From the NCBI GenBank assembly GCA_000934665.2, contig KZ538524.1, positions 1 to 64,000 of the forward strand: 64,000 nt of DNA, written 5' to 3'. Below are positions 15,406 through 28,632 of the stretch, piece after piece; position 1 is the stretch's first letter, and the number at the start of each line of letters is the position of its first letter. The DNA comes from Catajapyx aquilonaris. Taxonomy: Eukaryota. The notes below the pieces were generated by a model. It ran no database searches. It worked only from the letters and a program-made list of their open reading frames with translations, and was not told the DNA's origin. A program made the position numbers and the translations under genes.

Positions 15406-16849
15406 GGCACGATTAGATGTTTCAGGACAGCCAGCAGCCGAGCTATAATTGAGGCCGCCCCCTCGCTAATTATGATTGCTTGCAGGCGACATAACTTCAG
15501 TCAAAATTTAACGCCCCCTGCATGTGCAACAACCCGTTCCGGACACTTGTTGTTTTACACCAAGAATCATTTACCATGTTGGGGTGGGCTGCTGGATGCT
15601 TTGGGTAATGATGATGGCTGCACCTACCATTTGAGTGGGGGGACAGGAGCGGTCCAGCATGAGATAGTGGGTATGAGTCGGTGGAGGGGGGGTGTGGGGG
15701 AGAGACATAGTTAGGACTAGTACCTCCCCCCAATGCGAGTCCAAGCAGGTGCCAGGATCGTTCTGGTAGGGCCATAACTGCCCCAGGACAAGGACTGTTG
15801 CCATTCTTCCCTCACGAGCATTAGGGTATAACTCCAGGTTTCATGTTGGCGGGAGGGCGTGGTGGGACGACTCATAAAGAGGATTTTGGGAGCTAAGCTA
15901 ACATACCCAGATCGCATTTATGTGGATGAATCAAATAGGTTTATAAGGGCCATATTTCTCGTAAAATTTCTTCCGGGGGACCGGCAACACGCCCACTTTC
16001 AGAGGGATCGGAAGCACGGTCGACCTCCCTATTAGGAAGAGAAAATGTATCAATATTGCAATCCATGCATGTTGCACCCTAATGCCTGACGACTGAATTA
16101 CGCCATAATGTATAGCCTGCCGGTTGTTATGTCACGTCGGTCTGACCTTCAGAAGGGTGCCTATCTCTATTACCGAACCACGTTCAAACTCCTAAGTAAC
16201 CATCAGTGTTTACGACTCGGGTCGGAACAATGGTTTTCGTTGCATTCAATCGAAGCATCGCGTGATTACATGATACCGCCCTTTCTATCAAAATTCCGGC
16301 GAAAAAAGGTTAGACACCCGTGTTAACACACGTCACATAATTAGGCACCAACTATAGTATACTCGTGCTATATACTATAAGGTCAGGTCATTTTAATTTT
16401 AAAAAGTTTCGTAAAAAAATCTATGTCTATATATAGCTATTGGGAGGATTTCTGAGTACGTTTGATATATACCTATAGGATATAGCAGCGGCTTAGCATA
16501 AATCTGGTTGGAAACAAGAACTGGAACCACTTCGCTTAAAAAGTGAAGAATCCTTTCCCGATCAGAGCCCAATCCGCACATGATTCCAACACTAATCCGT
16601 TGTTGAAAATAAACCCTACTCCACAACTCTCCATAATCTTTCCCCCCCCCTTCCCCAAATCCACGATCGCTATTACAGGCCATCGCTTCTTAAAAATTCA
16701 AAGCCCCATCGATTAAACATCCTCATCGTATGTAACCAATCGAGCGTCTAGAATTTAACACACACAGAAAAAAAAAATCCTGCTCCCATCAAGTCAAGCC
16801 CACCTCCAATCACCACACTAAACTCCTTCCGTCTCTCACACACACTCAC

Positions 16850-16903
16850 CTCCCCCACACATGCACTTGACTCCACGGCAGTCACAAGCGATGAATTTTT
16901 CAT
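16850..16903 (-). CDS. Putative internal alternative first coding exon (MKNSSLVTAVESSACVGE)
   Basis: The minus strand has an initiator-like TCAGTT at 16915-16910 and ATG at 16903. Eighteen codons follow, ending in a consensus donor GAG|GTGAGT in phase 0, the same phase as the FoxP exon donor. I recognise no homology. Confidence 0.3.
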
Positions 16904-19900
16904 CCTTTCAACTGAGAGCGCAGCTATTTTGGCCCAGATGGGGCAGTGCCTTGTACAAATTTCACCCCCCACGACATGACGCTCGATACCTTCCAAAAGA
17001 AACTAATTAAGGCTTAACCGGTCGGTATATAGCGTGGAGGGAGAGGTCAACACATGCAGGAAGTTACATAAGGAGGGTAAAAGGTGAGGATCACTGTTAC
17101 ATGCTGCCCCGGACATTAATTTTGTATTGCTCCAACTTTTGCACGCCATCATTTGGAGAGGGGGGCTGCCGTCCAAAAGTCAACCGTGCCAACCCGCAAG
17201 ATGCCAACGGTGTCAAACCCTATGCAATTCCAATACCTCCTACGGTTCCTACCGGGGGTGCCAATACACAGTGTACATAATTAGTTCGCAAAAAAATGCG
17301 ACACTACTAAAAATCAAATTCACCAAAATTTCGCACGTGGATCCAACTTTAAAAAAAAAAACCCAAGACTTTGGTAGAAGCCATTTTAAATGATAATTTC
17401 TGCTCCAGAAAAACCAGGGACGCAACAGAGAATTACCCCCTAACTTCAGACGGGAGGTGACCAGTGGTCTCCCCTCTCCAACACTCTCCGGTCGTCAACT
17501 TCAACTCGATTTGGTTCCTTTTCATCCGGACCAAGGAAGCGTGCAGCTTATTATGCGTCGGGGGGTCTTGTCTCCTCCGAAGGGACAATGAAATACTCCA
17601 GGCCGAGGCGAGGATGACACGCGAGGATTATCTCCACTTTGGGTCTCCTCCAAATCCCATCTGCCCAATCGCCCTCTTCTCCTTCAAGCATCCCAAACAA
17701 AAAAAATAGATAGAAGGACAAAAAATAGAGGCTTCAGGCTAAGGTTAATTCGTGGTCACTGAATACTGCAGAATATGGAAGTCAGCGACCTTTCGATGTA
17801 CGTCATTCGTCCTATTTGCAAGCAAGTTGTGCAAAAATTTCGGTACGTACGTCTCTATACCATAAAGTTGGGGGGTGGAAGTCAACGGACCTTGCCCGCA
17901 TCATCAATAATTAGAAGCCTATCCAACAGAAAGCCGAAGCTCAATTAACCGTCACGTCACGTGAAACAATACCTAAGTCTACCTGTCAACCCAAAAGATC
18001 GTCACCAGGATCCGGGCTTGATAAATTAAGGCCGCTGCCTTCTCAAAAAGGGCGGTTCCTTTTCTCCCCCCCCTCCCCCCACCTACAATGCCCAGCAATT
18101 TTCTGCCAAGAATTACCGGAACCCCCAAAAAACTTTTTGTCCTCGACCAAAGAAAAGGAGGGTAACTATGGGCAACTGGCATCCGAACCGAATTAATTCA
18201 TTAAAGATGGCGGTGGGGGAAATTGGTGGTTAGAAGCAGCAATACGTGGGGCCCGCAAATTAGATACACAATTAAACCGTTGCCGAAGACTGCTTGTCCC
18301 GGGCGGCCCTTTTGGCTTAAGCAACCTTTCCAACGTGTGTCTTTGGGAGAGGAGAGGCAAGACACCCGGCGGGGTCACTGGATTACGACAAGGCTTTGTG
18401 GGAAACTTGCCCGGGAATTACAGAAGTAACTGCAAACAAGAAACTCCGGCCGAGCGGTTGCTAGGAGGAACGAGCCAAATAGCTTTTCGAGAAGAGAAGG
18501 AGGAGGGGGTGAGGATACTTGGGGTTTTCTTTGCCGAGGAAATATCAAGAGAAAAGAAGGTCATGCAGAAAAGGGTCTAGGAGGATTATACAGACGGAGT
18601 TGACTTGCTAAGTATACCGGCCTTGTTGCCGGATGCAGACGATACAGACCGGATTTCAAAGGTTCGGGATTCAGAATATTTTTAGTATAAGAGCGTGTGC
18701 CTTCAGGGGCTGGTCAGCCTTTGGTATTGCGCCAACCTGTATTGCTCTATGTAGGTGTACTAATTCCAGAATATTGGTTGGCTCCCCACCTGCACACCAC
18801 CAGCAGCAGTACTCTATCAAGGTGAAAGCTTGGGGAAAAAATACGTCACCTTGCTACAGTACTGGAAATGACATGAAGTTCTGACGCACCCTGTACACTC
18901 TTGAGTGTATGTCACGACCTGTCGGTCAGTGACGTCCCTCTGTATGATCAAATTCACTGAAATATCTCGGTGCATGTGTTAACGTCAAAAAGGTTGGCAT
19001 AAATTTTGTGTTGTGTGTTATATTTTTTTCAGTGCGGCTTTACCCCAACACAGTATTGTGGTCGTAAACACTTTTCAATGCAGGCCGCAATATAGCTTAT
19101 GATATTCGTAATACTCATTACTATTGCAAAACACACTGCAAGCCATGCACAAATGTGGCAAATTCAACGTGCTTTGAATTCGCCGTAACAAGGTATCAGT
19201 GGAAAATTAATAATTTTGAAGTTATATATAGACCGCGCGCCCGCAATATTTTATGCACATGTTTTGAAGAAATTTTTTTCCAGCTAAATGAAGTATAAAT
19301 AAATCAAGTAACTGAGGGTACCTTTATAATCAAAAATATGTTATAATTATACAGTATAGTGAAAAATGAGGTGTTGAAAATATTGACCCGAATATATAAT
19401 ACTGAATTCTACATGTCAGATATGTACAGTACCACAGTACTAACACAGAGTTACATACAGTATTCAGTAAATAAAAAGGACCAATTCAGATTCGAATTAA
19501 TTCAGGAGTCATTCATGTAAAAGAGTCCAATTAGATCATTATCGTCATTCAAATAAGCAAAACTGAATCACATTCTGCTAAATTCACACTGTCATTAAAC
19601 GCAACCAAATTGTGACGGAAACGATCATTATAAAACAGCTGAATGTAATTAGCGTCAAATGTATATAAAGCTTATTTTGTCCATCTCAATGGAGACGCGC
19701 GCAATATTATATTCGGAATAAAAATGATGCCATTTGCAGTTTGTTGCTCATTCAGTTCAGCTTCAGCTGAGTTCAATCCTACCGCAAATATAGAGGACTG
19801 AATGCAATTCATTTCCGACTTGAATGCAATAATTCGGATCAGTTCCTTTCAGTCCCACTCCGCTCAATGAGGTAATTAGTTTAATCAACAATACAGTGGG

Positions 19901-20372
19901 GGCGCCCACAATAATTCAGTTCAGATCTGCTCGAAGCTTTGGCACGTTTGAAGTCTTGAGGGCTCAAGTGTTGGAAGATATATTCATGAAAGATGCACAA
20001 AATCTTTCAAATCACTTGGCAGGTTATAACTTATTCGACAAAAATTAAATTATAAATCGAGCCATTTCAATTCGCAACCGTTCAAAGTCACCAATAGGAT
20101 CCGAGTTCTAATTCTGAATCGGCCTCCGCCCCCCTATACACTCGAAAATTGTGTGTACGTCGTGACACGCAAAGTACACACCACTCCCTCCACATTGTCA
20201 AATACATTTCAAACAAAACTGCGTTGGCCAATAAGCATCAAAATGTAGGTCGCACCGCCTAGAAATAGAGCGCAATCAGCATTAATGCCGCCCCCCTAAA
20301 CCTGCAATCCAATACAAGCAAAAAGTACATATATGATTCAGCATGTGTTTGCTAACAATTTTTTTCAGAAAG

Positions 20373-20515
20373 TCTACACAACCGAATATCTTATTTCTAT
20401 GTGACCGAATTTTCTACACGACCAAATATTTTGCTGTATGACTGAATATTTTTTCTATATCAGTGACGAATTGTGTTACTGTATGGTTGAATATTTCTAC
20501 ATGACTGAATATTTT
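20373..20515. repeat. Degenerate ~20-bp tandem repeat (TCTACATGACCGAATATTT-like)
   Basis: Recurrent TCTAY..GACYGAATATTT units. Confidence 0.55.
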
Positions 20516-20549
20516 ACGCGTACCGCATGCTGATGAGCTTTTGCTACAT

Positions 20550-20551
20550 AT

Positions 20552-20582
<31 letters not shown>

Positions 20583-20584
20583 TT
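20550..20584. repeat. (ATTT)n microsatellite
   Basis: Perfect tetranucleotide run, possibly a retroposon tail. Confidence 0.9.
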
Positions 20585-21298
20585 GGCCCCTGAAGGCTCG
20601 AGTCTTTTGACACACTGTAGAATTGACTGACTGACATTCTGGTTTCAAATGACTCTGAAGTCAGACTGACTATACCCTACCGGACAACACACATCCTCTC
20701 TATTTTTCCCTTCCTCTAGTTTCCTCCTCTCCATCCCTCCAGCATTTCCCCCCCGAAAAGTTAGCGGCTTGTGTGTGCTCTAAAACCCAATCAGCAAGTG
20801 GCAGGAGAGGCTCCCCGCGAGTCACCCCCCAGACTTCAATCTGGGGCCCCGGCTACTTATTTTTAATTTACAACCAATGGTCCCCGATTTTGCTGGCTCC
20901 TCTCCCGCGACCATTTCCCTCTCTCTCTCTCTCTCTCTCTCTTTTGCCCCACCCCCACCCTACCCTCTACTCTCACACAAAATTTCCCGGACAGCATCCA
21001 ACTTGCCCTGGAGCCCCCTCCTCTGCATCCATCCATACATGAAGAGACTTTCTGTGTGTACCTCCCCGGACCGGACCACCCCCCCTTTTCTCGTTTGCAC
21101 TGAGGAAAAGAGCGGACATTTTCGAACCCTCCGGGAACAACCGTGCAGTGATTATCGTCCTGCAAAGTTCAAGACGTATTTTTTTTTTAATGTTTGGAGT
21201 AAACAATATGTGCCGCACGTGCATGGCGCGCAGAGTCAAATATCCCGCCTGCGCACAAATGATATTTTGCACCACCGAATGTTACAGTACATACTCAC

Positions 21299-21358
21299 TA
21301 GGTCCTGCAGCTGCTGAGTCCGCTGGATGTATGCCCTTCTCCCGTCTGCCCTTACGTA
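21299..21358 (-). CDS. Putative 60-nt cassette exon (YVRADGRRAYIQRTQQLQDL), or the 3' end of a non-coding first exon
   Basis: The donor CTA|GTGAGTA matches consensus. The segment is open and phase 0-0 from an upstream CAG, but that acceptor lacks a pyrimidine tract. Confidence 0.25.
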
Positions 21359-23749
21359 CTGTATATCTAACTATGTATATAACTTTCCCGAGGCAAAAGC
21401 AGCCAGTCTGCTGCCTTCTACTATTCTGTGGCCCTAGTCGCCTCGCCCATCTCTTTTCGCCCTTTTCCCCCCCTCCCTCCCTCCCCATCCACCAACCACC
21501 GCACCCCTCCTGTTTAGTAGATGACGTGAGCGAGACAATAAGGCCCATGTTTATTCTGTAGATGAATGCTGGTTATATAAACACACGCCAACGTCTCCTG
21601 GTATTGTGTTGAACTTGGGAGAGTAATTTTCCCTTTTCCAGTATCGATCTTTTTTGCACTCTTTTACGCTATTAAATAAACTTCCATAGGCTCCCGAACG
21701 AGAGACTCGGAGGGGTGGTAGGTGGTAGATGAGGGGGGGTCGAGCTGAGCGTCTATTTACCACCAACAAACCCGTGCAAGGGCGTCGAGTTCCTACTGCT
21801 GTAGCAGCAGCAGCAGCAGCCAGCCGCGCATCATCCGAGGGGTCCCTCCTATTTCAAGCAGAATAAACACATGACTGTTTTCTTTCTTGGGCTAAACTAA
21901 ACAACCAAGCAGGAATCTAAACAAGGCCTGCGTCCCCAATTCGATTGGCTCTGAGGCCGAATGGAAACGCTTGGCACAACGCAAGCTCTTGCATAAACAA
22001 AGAAAGCTTGCAGCGTTGGGAACAAGTTTTACAGGGGAGAGGGAGAGAGAGGAGAGAGACAGAGAGAGAGGGAGTTGGAAAGGGGATGGTTACAAAGGTA
22101 CAAGAATATGGCTTTTGGAGCATTCAAGTTCAGGTTGATTCATGTACCAAAAGTTCCACAAACTATTTTAAAAAATATATACAGTACAACTTAATTACTC
22201 GTAGAAAAAAATGAGTAAAACAATGCAAGATCTTATCCACGCATCACCATACATTATGCCAGCTTCCTCAGTTGGCGGCGTCTTCGAGGTTAATCAAATG
22301 CAACAGACGTCATCACATATTTTTTTTTGCTGGTAACCTTTAGTCCGCAATCATGACAACAATTAGTACAGGTTAACACGTTCAGCTGGAATGACCTGGC
22401 ACCTCCGACGGTGTGATAGGCAGATAAAGAAATCTCCTGTGTACAGTACCTTGGCCCGTTTGTTTACTCAAAGCGCCATGTTTATTCTGGAATTATCTGC
22501 GTGGAAACAAACACTTTCCCAGGCGGATGTCCCATTGTATAATTTTTCCTCTCCCTCCCCCTGCCATCTTCCAACTTATGTACACATCTATGCAATTTGC
22601 TGAGTACAAGACCTGTCGAGGAATTATTTTTTTTGCCTCCCCCTCTCTAGCAACCACTATATATTTTTTCCCCTGCTTTGCACCGCCCTAGAATTAATAA
22701 GCCGCGAATATAGACGGCAAACATGCTAATGAGCTTGTTTATAGCACACCTGAAACGTTACTCGATGCTCGGTAGTTTTTTCCCCGTGTTGTTTTACCGG
22801 TGCACTAATACTCGTCCGTCGCAATTACCATGAATTTTGGCCACAGAATATGTCACATATTTTACGAGAAGAATTTATCCCACTGACAACGCATTTAGTG
22901 TCATGCTAGGCGGAACGAATTCTATTTGAGGAATGAACAAACGCTTTCGCTTCTAGCACTAAACCGCGATCATCAAAACCCGGGGAGTACATATGCTTTT
23001 CTCGTATTCCAAACTAGCGGCCCGGACCTCCCACACACAGTAAAAATACACCCGGTTAAACATCGGAACTATACAAAAAAAATAATTTCCCACACTTTTT
23101 GCCTAAACGGAAGCGGTGTTTTGGAGCAAATTTTTTCACTTGTTATGCGTAGAGGCGGGGCCCTTTATGCGCGCGGTGATTCACTTTTCCCCATTGTTAC
23201 TAACCTGCTGAAGGTCAATGTAGGCGATTTTTTTNGGGGGGGGGGGGGGGGCTAGAATAATGGTGCCTACAAAAATATGAGGGTTTGTATGCATGGATTA
23301 AGATCAATTACGCGGTTCTGGAGGTAGAAACCATGGTCCCTTCACATATGCAAAAATCAAGGCACAAAAGATAGTAAATGTGTGACGGCACTTGCGAATA
23401 ATATGGCCAGCCGATTTTTTAGCAATTTTATCTGAATGCAAATTGACGGTTTGACTTATGGCAGACAATTAGCCGGTATTCCGCGCACAATACCACAGAA
23501 TAATACGAATATGATTCAATTAAGAATCATATTTATTTGAACAATTCCATTAACTTCCAGTTAAAATCCATGATAAAATTTAAAATGCGACAGTTAATTT
23601 ATTTTAATTTTTAATCGAATTTTAAATGAAATTTATTGATATTTCAACAAATATTCAAACACATAATCTGGGACATTATGGGCAAAAATGATAGAAAACA
23701 TTATACAGGAATTAATTAATTTAATATAGAAGAGTCATCGTAATGGCCA

Positions 23750-23841
23750 TATGAGACGGCTAGGCACAAACTAGTCGTCGCTGGCTACCCCATGTCTGGG
23801 ATTATGACATGATGTTATGAATGAATGAATGAATGAATGAA
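23750..23841 (+). mobile_element. Retroposon 3'-end relic with a (TGAA)n tail
   Basis: The sequence GAGACGGCTAG..CTAGTCGTCGCTGGCTACCCCATGTCTGGGATTATG is followed by (TGAA)n and aligns by eye to 33109-33203. Confidence 0.55.
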
Positions 23842-25107
23842 AAATTTATTTAATATCTATATTATTTCTAGGGGCACCATGTTGACTCATCCGGGTCCAG
23901 GAGCTTTGTTGATGGAGATGCCCAACACTGTCTCTCTGAGTTCCTCATCGGTGAAATGATTCATTTGGAACGGTATGCCGTAATAAATTCATATTTAGCA
24001 TGTTGACTAACAGCTCCCAACTATTTTTTTTAAACGACATGCGACATTCTCAAATGGTTTTAAAAATTAGTTCAGCGAGTAATTTGCAACACCATGTACA
24101 GTGTATCAAAATCGCCAACGTGTGGAGAATATTCGCGGATCATCACCTCCTGCAATTAGCGTGCCAAATTAATTAATCGACGGCTTACTGTCCAGCGCGT
24201 TTCGAAATCTGTACAATAGCATTATGCCAATTTGACCCAGCCAATACACATGTCTTGTTTGGTTCGGGGGGAAACAACCAGAAACACCGACATTGACAGA
24301 AAGCGTTTGACACACTACATCTTCCCCCTATCGATCCTTGGTCCCCGTTGATAAACTCCTCCAAGCCGCAACTAAAGGCGGGCGCCCGCTTTTTCACAAC
24401 TGCTAAACTCCGGAGGGGGGTTGCAACGCAAAAACCGGGAGCTGCGCAATAAATAAAACGACCCACCCAACCCACCCACCACCATTTTTCCCGCGCAAAT
24501 CAACCCCGGTCGGTCCTGAGGCGACACCTACCACCCGATACCCTAACTACTTCATACCACGCAGCTTGGGGAGGCCCAAACGACATCTCCACATTCCTGG
24601 GGAACACCCTGTACAACCAAGATGGCTATGGAACCGTCTGGCATTCCGGTCACGTCACAAGGCATTTACCAACCTGGGGTGGGTGGGGTGAGGGAGGGAA
24701 AAGCTTGAAGAAAGTATCCAAACCGTCACATGGCTGCTAATTCCCCCGCTTTGACAAGCTTTTGACCCTAGGAGGAAAAGGGAAGGGGGGGACAGACTGC
24801 TTCAAATGCAAAGTGACTTGGGAGTGAGACGGAAAGGATGAAGAAGGCGCCTGCTGCTCTCTTTACAGGCGCCTCCTCTCCAGGCCTCCTCTCCAAATGG
24901 AATCTGAAGGAGCAGCAGGAGAGGCCCTGGCTCTTATTCCCCCCCATCTCTCTTTGTGGTCACAATCCCGAGGGGGCCACCGGTGAGAGATCGCTCCAGA
25001 AGTGAGTGTCCAGCAAGTGGTACGCTTCTTGCCAAATAGCCACATTTTCCGATACACTACGAGCCCTGTGATGGCCATTGTAAACGTAACATAAAAAGTG
25101 TTTCAGA

Positions 25108-25300
25108 AAGCGCTACTTTGTCGCTGCTACTGGAACATAAGCGTTATTCACACTAAACGTTATTTTCGACCCCTATTTGCACTAAAACGCTATTTAACTA
25201 AGTGCTATTTTCGACCCCCTATTTACACTAAGCGCTATTTTCGCTGTTATTGAAAATAAACGCGATGTTGTCGCTGCAACCGAAAATGAGCGCTATTTTT
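25108..25300. repeat. Degenerate tandem repeat (AAGCGCTATTTTCG core)
   Basis: Repeated AAGCGCTATTT and TATTTTCGACCCC..TATTT.CACTAA units. Confidence 0.55.
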
Positions 25301-28300
25301 TTTTCTCCACCTGCTGCTTTGTAAATTCAGCGAGTCGCATCTAATTCCAACAAACTTGATACCTTTAGCCTACATAATAGGCTTTCTCTCCCAGTTTACT
25401 GTAGTCGAGCGCAGCCTTTTCCCGAGCAACACTTGTCCTCAACAATTACACGGGGTGCCAGCCCTTTTCAACACCCAGATTATAAATTCAGCTCTCCCCA
25501 GAAGTGTATATAACTGTACAACTTTTCCTCCCCCCTGAACAATCGGCCGTCCTTTTTATTTCTCCTCCCCCCTGATCCCTCCTCTCCCAGGAGCAGCAGA
25601 AACAGTATGACAAATGCCCTTCTTTAAGCCGCTCAAAAAAGCAGAAAATGAATACTATATTTGCCAGGCCAGGCAGTCAGTCAGCCTTCTTCGTTCGTTT
25701 TCGTTCCTTCTCTTTCCCGGCTCCTTAGCAGCAAAAGATGGCTGCAAAACTTGAAAGATTTATTACCTTTCGTTTCGGCTCATTAATGCCCGGCATCTTC
25801 ATCTCGGGAGCGTTTTCCCATAGCAGGAGCATTCGTTGTTAAAAATTAATTTCACCCCGTTTTCATTGGCACAACTTTATCCCTTCGTTTCGCCCTCCCT
25901 TCCTTCCCCCCCCTCCTCCGCGAATCTTTGTCTGGCGACAAAAAGTGACAAATCCTTCTAACTAGAGAGGAAGGGGGGTGGAGAGGGGGGGGGAGGGAAA
26001 ATTCGCATCAAAATTATCTATTAAGGAAGTTTTGAAAATCGGCAGGACTCCCTCCGTACTTTCCATTCCACCTGGCATTTGTCTTGCACTAATTAAAATA
26101 GGAGGACACGCGACGAAAACAAAAGATGAAAAATTAGCTTCATTTCTAATTATAACTTCTTGTAAATATCAAATTCCCCCGCCTCCTTCTACGACTCTGT
26201 TGATGACATCTACCATTAAAGAATAAGAGCGCTCCTGGCTGGGGAGAACTGCCTAACAAGACCAGAAAAAAAATGTTCCATTGCTGTATTACGACAATTC
26301 GACTTATAGCTCTGCAGTTAAATTAGATCCGTGTACAGGGTGTGCCGGCACACAACAAAAGCGGAATTACGCACCGGACCCTTTCAAGACGGGACCCCGA
26401 GACGCTTCACGGAGTGTACACAGCCGGATAAGTTAATTCCACCTTTGTTATCGCAGCATCTCGCCGTATGAGCCGTGCAATTAGGCCAAAGTACTTGCAT
26501 AAAGTAGTCTCGGAGTATACAAATGTCAAGACCCGAGGCTATGCAAACACGATTTCCCCGGGACATTGGCGTGAATCTCCTATTCTAGGGGGAAAGGCTT
26601 CCTCTCAAGGAAAGGACCGGACTGTACCAAATCTTCTATACACTACATCTTCGACAGAAATCTTTTCGCGAAACCCAGTCGAGCTGAAACTTCGCAGGGG
26701 GTATAGGGAGGTTCTCAGGAAGTCAATCTGCAAACTACACGCAACTGCAATTAACTAACCGCCCTGTGATCCGGTGAGGGGGGGGGGGATGCCGGCAAAC
26801 ATTCAATATCGGCGGAAATGCTCGAATTTGCAGTCAATCCGGGGATCAACGCATCACACGGGTAGAATATTTCCTCGCAAAAACAGCCGTTGATTATCAA
26901 TCGGATCCATGGGCCAGCTTGCTGCCTGGTGAACAAAACATGAGGTGTAATTCCCGACGCTTCAAAACAAAACCGCTGGCTCTGGGTTCGTCCTATCTTG
27001 ACGATTTAGCCCAAAATCCGGTAGAGCAAAATTTTCGCTTTCAAATTATTTGTTTAAAAAATATGAGTAGCATGAAACATGGGCAAGAAAAACTCTTACC
27101 ATCACTGTGACCACTCGCTAGCTGATGTGAACCGGGTTTTGTAAGGAAAGTCGTGAGACGGCCTGCCTCCAGGCTGGCCGTAATAAATGGGTTAGTACAT
27201 TAACTTACACATGAAATCACCATTACAGGGTATGGTCCTACCCATTCTCAAATTTTTAAAACAATGTCCGGCTCTCTTAATACAACCAGGCTTGGTGTAG
27301 TGTCAAGACCTGCCGCGTGGTGCGCCGCCATGCAATAAACATTCCGCCGCAGAATTTTAGAACCGACTTGGCTCAAAAAGAGTGTCAAAAAAGAGCAAAA
27401 AAAAAAATCCGGTTCCCTCCAGAGAACCACGTTGACCGCCACACACCCAAAATCTGACAGACCGCGTCCCCCCAAAAATTCTGTCGGGGATTCCGACAAT
27501 CCGGGGAGGGGGGGTCCTGAGCCTTAGGTGTGTGGCCCCCCGGATTCTGATTTTTTCAGCCAAGTTGACCGACCCCCAGAGCCCCAACCTTCCTTACGCC
27601 CTGAATCATTCAGGTGTCGGTGCAAGTAAGCCCAGTAGCGACCCTCTGGCGGCCGACTCCAGCACTATGTCTTCACCCAGCCCAATTTATTTATCCAGCC
27701 TCCGCATTATGACATCCAATAGGAACGATTATTGGGCGCCTTTGGCTATTTACATTTTACAATACTTTCCACACAACCTGGGGGGGAGGCTTCCAAATAT
27801 AAAGTAACTGACCACCTAATTAATATGGCATAATCGACGTGTCGGTTGGCTGACCACTTATTTCTATCGCATTGTTTAGATAAGCACAGTCCCTTTTTTT
27901 CCGGAGCTTCCCTATAAATAATTAGGGTCCTCATTCGCGATCGACAATCTCTTCTAATCTGAATTGGGAAGTGGGAACCGAAGCAGATATTCGATGTAAA
28001 AGCAGATTTGGGTTATTTTTACATAATCAATACGAGACTAGTACCCCTCCCCATCATGAACCCCTATCCCCCCCCCTCTCTTTTCTCCAAAAACCCATCA
28101 GTCACGAGCTCTCACAGCGATGGCCCTGCAATTAGATGCGGCCCGAAAGCGAGTACAAGCTGGTGCCATATGTCGGAATGGAACCCAGGCTGCCCGGAGG
28201 CTTAAGCCCCGGATACTTCCAACTCAAATCTGCCGTATTTTTCAACAGCGACGCTGTTTGTCTAAACTGGACGGCGTCAATGTTATGAGGACGAGGGGAG

Positions 28301-28356
28301 AGGGGACGCTCTTTTTTTGGGAGGGGGTCATGTACGAGAGTAGGCTGCCCCCCTAC

Positions 28357-28476
28357 CTGCTCGTGTTCCTCGTAGTCCAAGCTGCCGTTTGGGGTAGTCG
28401 CTGCTGAGGGACGCTGAGATGTGGACAGGTTTATGGCACCTTCCCCGTCCGTCTCGTGGTCCATCATGGCTGCATC
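28357..28476 (-). CDS. FoxP: Coding exon, N-terminal region of a forkhead box P (FoxP)-like transcription factor
   Basis: The minus strand reads CTGAC (branch-like)...cccccattttaatctaCAG|GAT GCA GCC ATG ATG GAC...GAG CAG|GTAGGG. The exon is 120 nt, phase 0-0, and encodes DAAMMDHETDGEGAINLSTSQRPSAATTPNGSLDYEEHEQ. The motif MMDH.DG.GAINLSTSQRPSAATTPNG matches my recollection of insect FoxP N-termini (from memory, not database-verified). Internal ATG at 28467. Confidence 0.8.
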
Positions 28477-28618
28477 CTGTAGATTAAAATGGGGGATTGG
28501 TCAGTCATAGGACATTAGGCATCTAATCTAGGAGAAAACCCCCGAAAACATTGTTTGACCCCCCAAAAAATTCGTTGAACTGACCATTACAATTCGGCTA
28601 AGAAAACTAACAAGCGGA

Positions 28619-28632
28619 CCAGTAGATGGCAG
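28619..28632 (+). promoter_or_regulatory. CTCF-like binding motif
   Basis: CCAGTAGATGGCAG matches CCASYAGRKGGCRS and lies about 140 bp from the FoxP exon acceptor. Confidence 0.5.

Noticed and set aside
15405..15920. Possible LINE fragment next to the (ATT)n tract
   Set aside because: No reverse-transcriptase or endonuclease motifs are recognisable in any frame, so it is not called.
20373..25300. Degenerate short-period repeats as CRISPR-like arrays
   Set aside because: There are no constant repeats with unique spacers, no cas genes, and the context is eukaryotic.
28132..28356. Continuation of ORF 28132..28467 beyond EEHEQ
   Set aside because: Recognisable similarity stops before the CAG|GTAGGG donor, so the remainder is treated as intron.
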